This document shows, in pieces, positions 62,489 to 64,000 of a stretch of DNA of 64,000 bases. The position numbers and the translations under genes were made by a program. Where the stretch lies: positions 1 to 64,000 of the forward strand of contig MRSU01011195.1 in the NCBI GenBank assembly GCA_008369845.1, read 5' to 3'. Every line of letters starts with the position of its first letter. The stretch's first letter is position 1. The DNA comes from Trichomonas gallinae. Taxonomy: Eukaryota. The notes beneath the pieces were generated by a model. It was not told where the DNA came from, made no database searches, and worked only from the letters and a program-made list of their open reading frames with translations.

Positions 62489-64000
62489 TTAAAGTGAAGA
62501 GAACAATTCGCGTGCGGAGGCCTTAACGAGTGGTAATGCTTGCTGGTTCGTTCCATTGATAATGATGTTGATATTTCCTCTGTCCTGCTGTAAGTCGCAC
62601 AAGAAGTCGCCGACAGTCGTCCTGAATGTGACTCTAGTGACATTCTGGTTCCTTCCGACGACGAAAATATTCCTCTGAGCGAACTCTTCCTGCTTGGCAA
62701 CCTGGCAGCCTTCTAATGTTGCCTGCTCCTTGAACTGGAGTCCATCTGTTCCATTCGTAAGCTGGCCGTCGCCAGTTGTCACGCACTGAACTGGCAAGTT
62801 ATCTGTACCGAAAACAGTGCCCATAGATGTGTTCATGGCGATTTGCAACTGCAATTTTGCCATGTCACTTCTCTGAGTGTCATATTTGATAGGTATCTTA
62901 ACTTCGCTGGCTCCGAACTCCAGCGACTCTGGGAAGTTAGGGTGACCATTCAACGTGATGCCGAGAGCATTCGTGTTGATGGCAAACTGGAATCCTGTGA
63001 TTGGTGAACCGACTTTGTTGACAATTCTAACATACATGCTATTTCTATCGTAGTCCGCATATAAATCGAGGAACTGGCACTCCTCGGGTCCAAGTGCGCC
63101 TTGTATCCATATTCTGACTGGATGCCAGTTGCGTGCAGAGACATCGTCGTCGTTGTCGCTTTCGTCTTCAGGGACGAATCTGACACGTCTGACGAAATCT
63201 GATGGTACTATATGTAAAACGCCTGAAACAGTGCCCATGTTTCTGATGAGCTCCGCGAGAATCGCGTCATCGTATCTGACGCCTGAATGGACGACAGTGT
63301 CCTTCGGGAAGACGACAACATCCTTAGCGATGGATGCCTCTGAGCTCAAAAGGCGCCAGTAGACCAATGCACGGTTTTTGACATCTGGGCAGTTTCCATC
63401 TTTAGTTGCTTCAGTCAAAATGAACTGGAGCTGGTCCTTTGTCTGTTCTGGGCGCTCGACGTAGACCTTGACGAGGCTGGAGATGATCTGGAGCTGTACG
63501 AGAGGTTCTTCGTCGTGGAATGTATCTAGATATGGATCCAAAATGTCGTCGACGTTTTCAATGATGTGGCAGTATTCACCCAAAATCCAGATTCCTGCTG
63601 CCTTTGCACGCGGCGCTTTGATCATATCGAGGCCATGGCAGACTGTGCCGATGACTGACTCGAAAACGCCTGGGTATTTACGTAAGATATCGGTCATAAC
63701 TATAATTGATTCTTCGAGAGCGTAGTCTGCCTTGCCTTGGACGAGCTGTACGAGGATGTCGACGCAGCGGCGTGCAGCGGCTTCGATCTTAATCGCGATT
63801 TGACCAATTGCTCTGATTGATTTTTGAACAAAAGCGACATCAACGGAATTGCTGTATTCCTGGAGTTCATCCAAGACGAGTTGTGCTGTCTGCTGTCCGC
63901 AGATAGTAACAATGATGTCGAGTTTCTCCATTTTAACATATGATGGATCATTATATTTGCAGAAGAAGACACGGATCTCTTTTGAGAGTGCCTTTGGATA
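62489..64000 (-). CDS. Beta-adaptin (AP-1/AP-2 beta subunit), partial; 5' part lies beyond the window
   Basis: Frame is open to the window edge: YPKALSKEIRVFFCKYNDPSYVKMEKLDI...FVQKSIRAIG...WILGEY...DVKNRALVYWRLL, followed by an appendage domain. Confidence 0.93.
   Translation of the reverse strand, partial: YPKALSKEIRVFFCKYNDPSYVKMEKLDIIVTICGQQTAQLVLDELQEYSNSVDVAFVQKSIRAIGQIAIKIEAAARRCVDILVQLVQGKADYALEESIIVMTDILRKYPGVFESVIGTVCHGLDMIKAPRAKAAGIWILGEYCHIIENVDDILDPYLDTFHDEEPLVQLQIISSLVKVYVERPEQTKDQLQFILTEATKDGNCPDVKNRALVYWRLLSSEASIAKDVVVFPKDTVVHSGVRYDDAILAELIRNMGTVSGVLHIVPSDFVRRVRFVPEDESDNDDDVSARNWHPVRIWIQGALGPEECQFLDLYADYDRNSMYVRIVNKVGSPITGFQFAINTNALGITLNGHPNFPESLEFGASEVKIPIKYDTQRSDMAKLQLQIAMNTSMGTVFGTDNLPVQCVTTGDGQLTNGTDGLQFKEQATLEGCQVAKQEEFAQRNIFVVGRNQNVTRVTFRTTVGDFLCDLQQDRGNINIIINGTNQQALPLVKASARELFSSL

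Noticed and set aside
254..63972. Many short antisense or alternative-frame ORFs in the track (e.g. 6264-6527, 27239-27961, 56792-57313, 10026-10472)
   Set aside because: They overlap well-supported genes or are AT-rich noise; biased codon usage and low complexity explain the open shadow frames.

Overview
Gene-dense, AT-rich eukaryotic DNA in which I found no convincing intron. It is almost certainly from a trichomonad parabasalid (Trichomonas vaginalis or a close relative). Evidence: a hydrogenosomal [2Fe-2S] ferredoxin with an ML..RF presequence, a BspA-like TpLRR surface protein, an R2R3 Myb, TCAYW initiator elements just upstream of ATGs, and TAA(A) stops. About 37 single-exon CDSs are present, including a PEPCK 3' end, LAG1/TLC, PQ-loop, E2, a B-box/TLDc protein, an ankyrin protein, two unrelated GH13 amylases, kinesin-2, CacyBP, DHHC, SRP9, SAS-4-like, DENN-like, Raptor-like, L-lectin, WASP-like, Cdc25, SPATA17-like and a beta-adaptin 3' part, plus decayed gene relics. 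I found no rRNA, intact tRNA, CRISPR or recognisable transposase. The most striking unexplained signal is non-coding: a 14-bp element (consensus TTTACRYG[T/A/G]CAAAA, best copy TTTACATGTCAAAA) recurs about 30 times, almost only in 5' or divergent intergenic regions. Its spacing is regular: direct copies lie 19-20 bp apart and inverted pairs have 17- or 27-bp core gaps. It forms a 43-bp-periodic array upstream of cdc25 and a six-copy 19-bp array. This looks like a possibly undescribed cis-regulatory code. All family assignments come from recognising motifs by eye, not from database searches.
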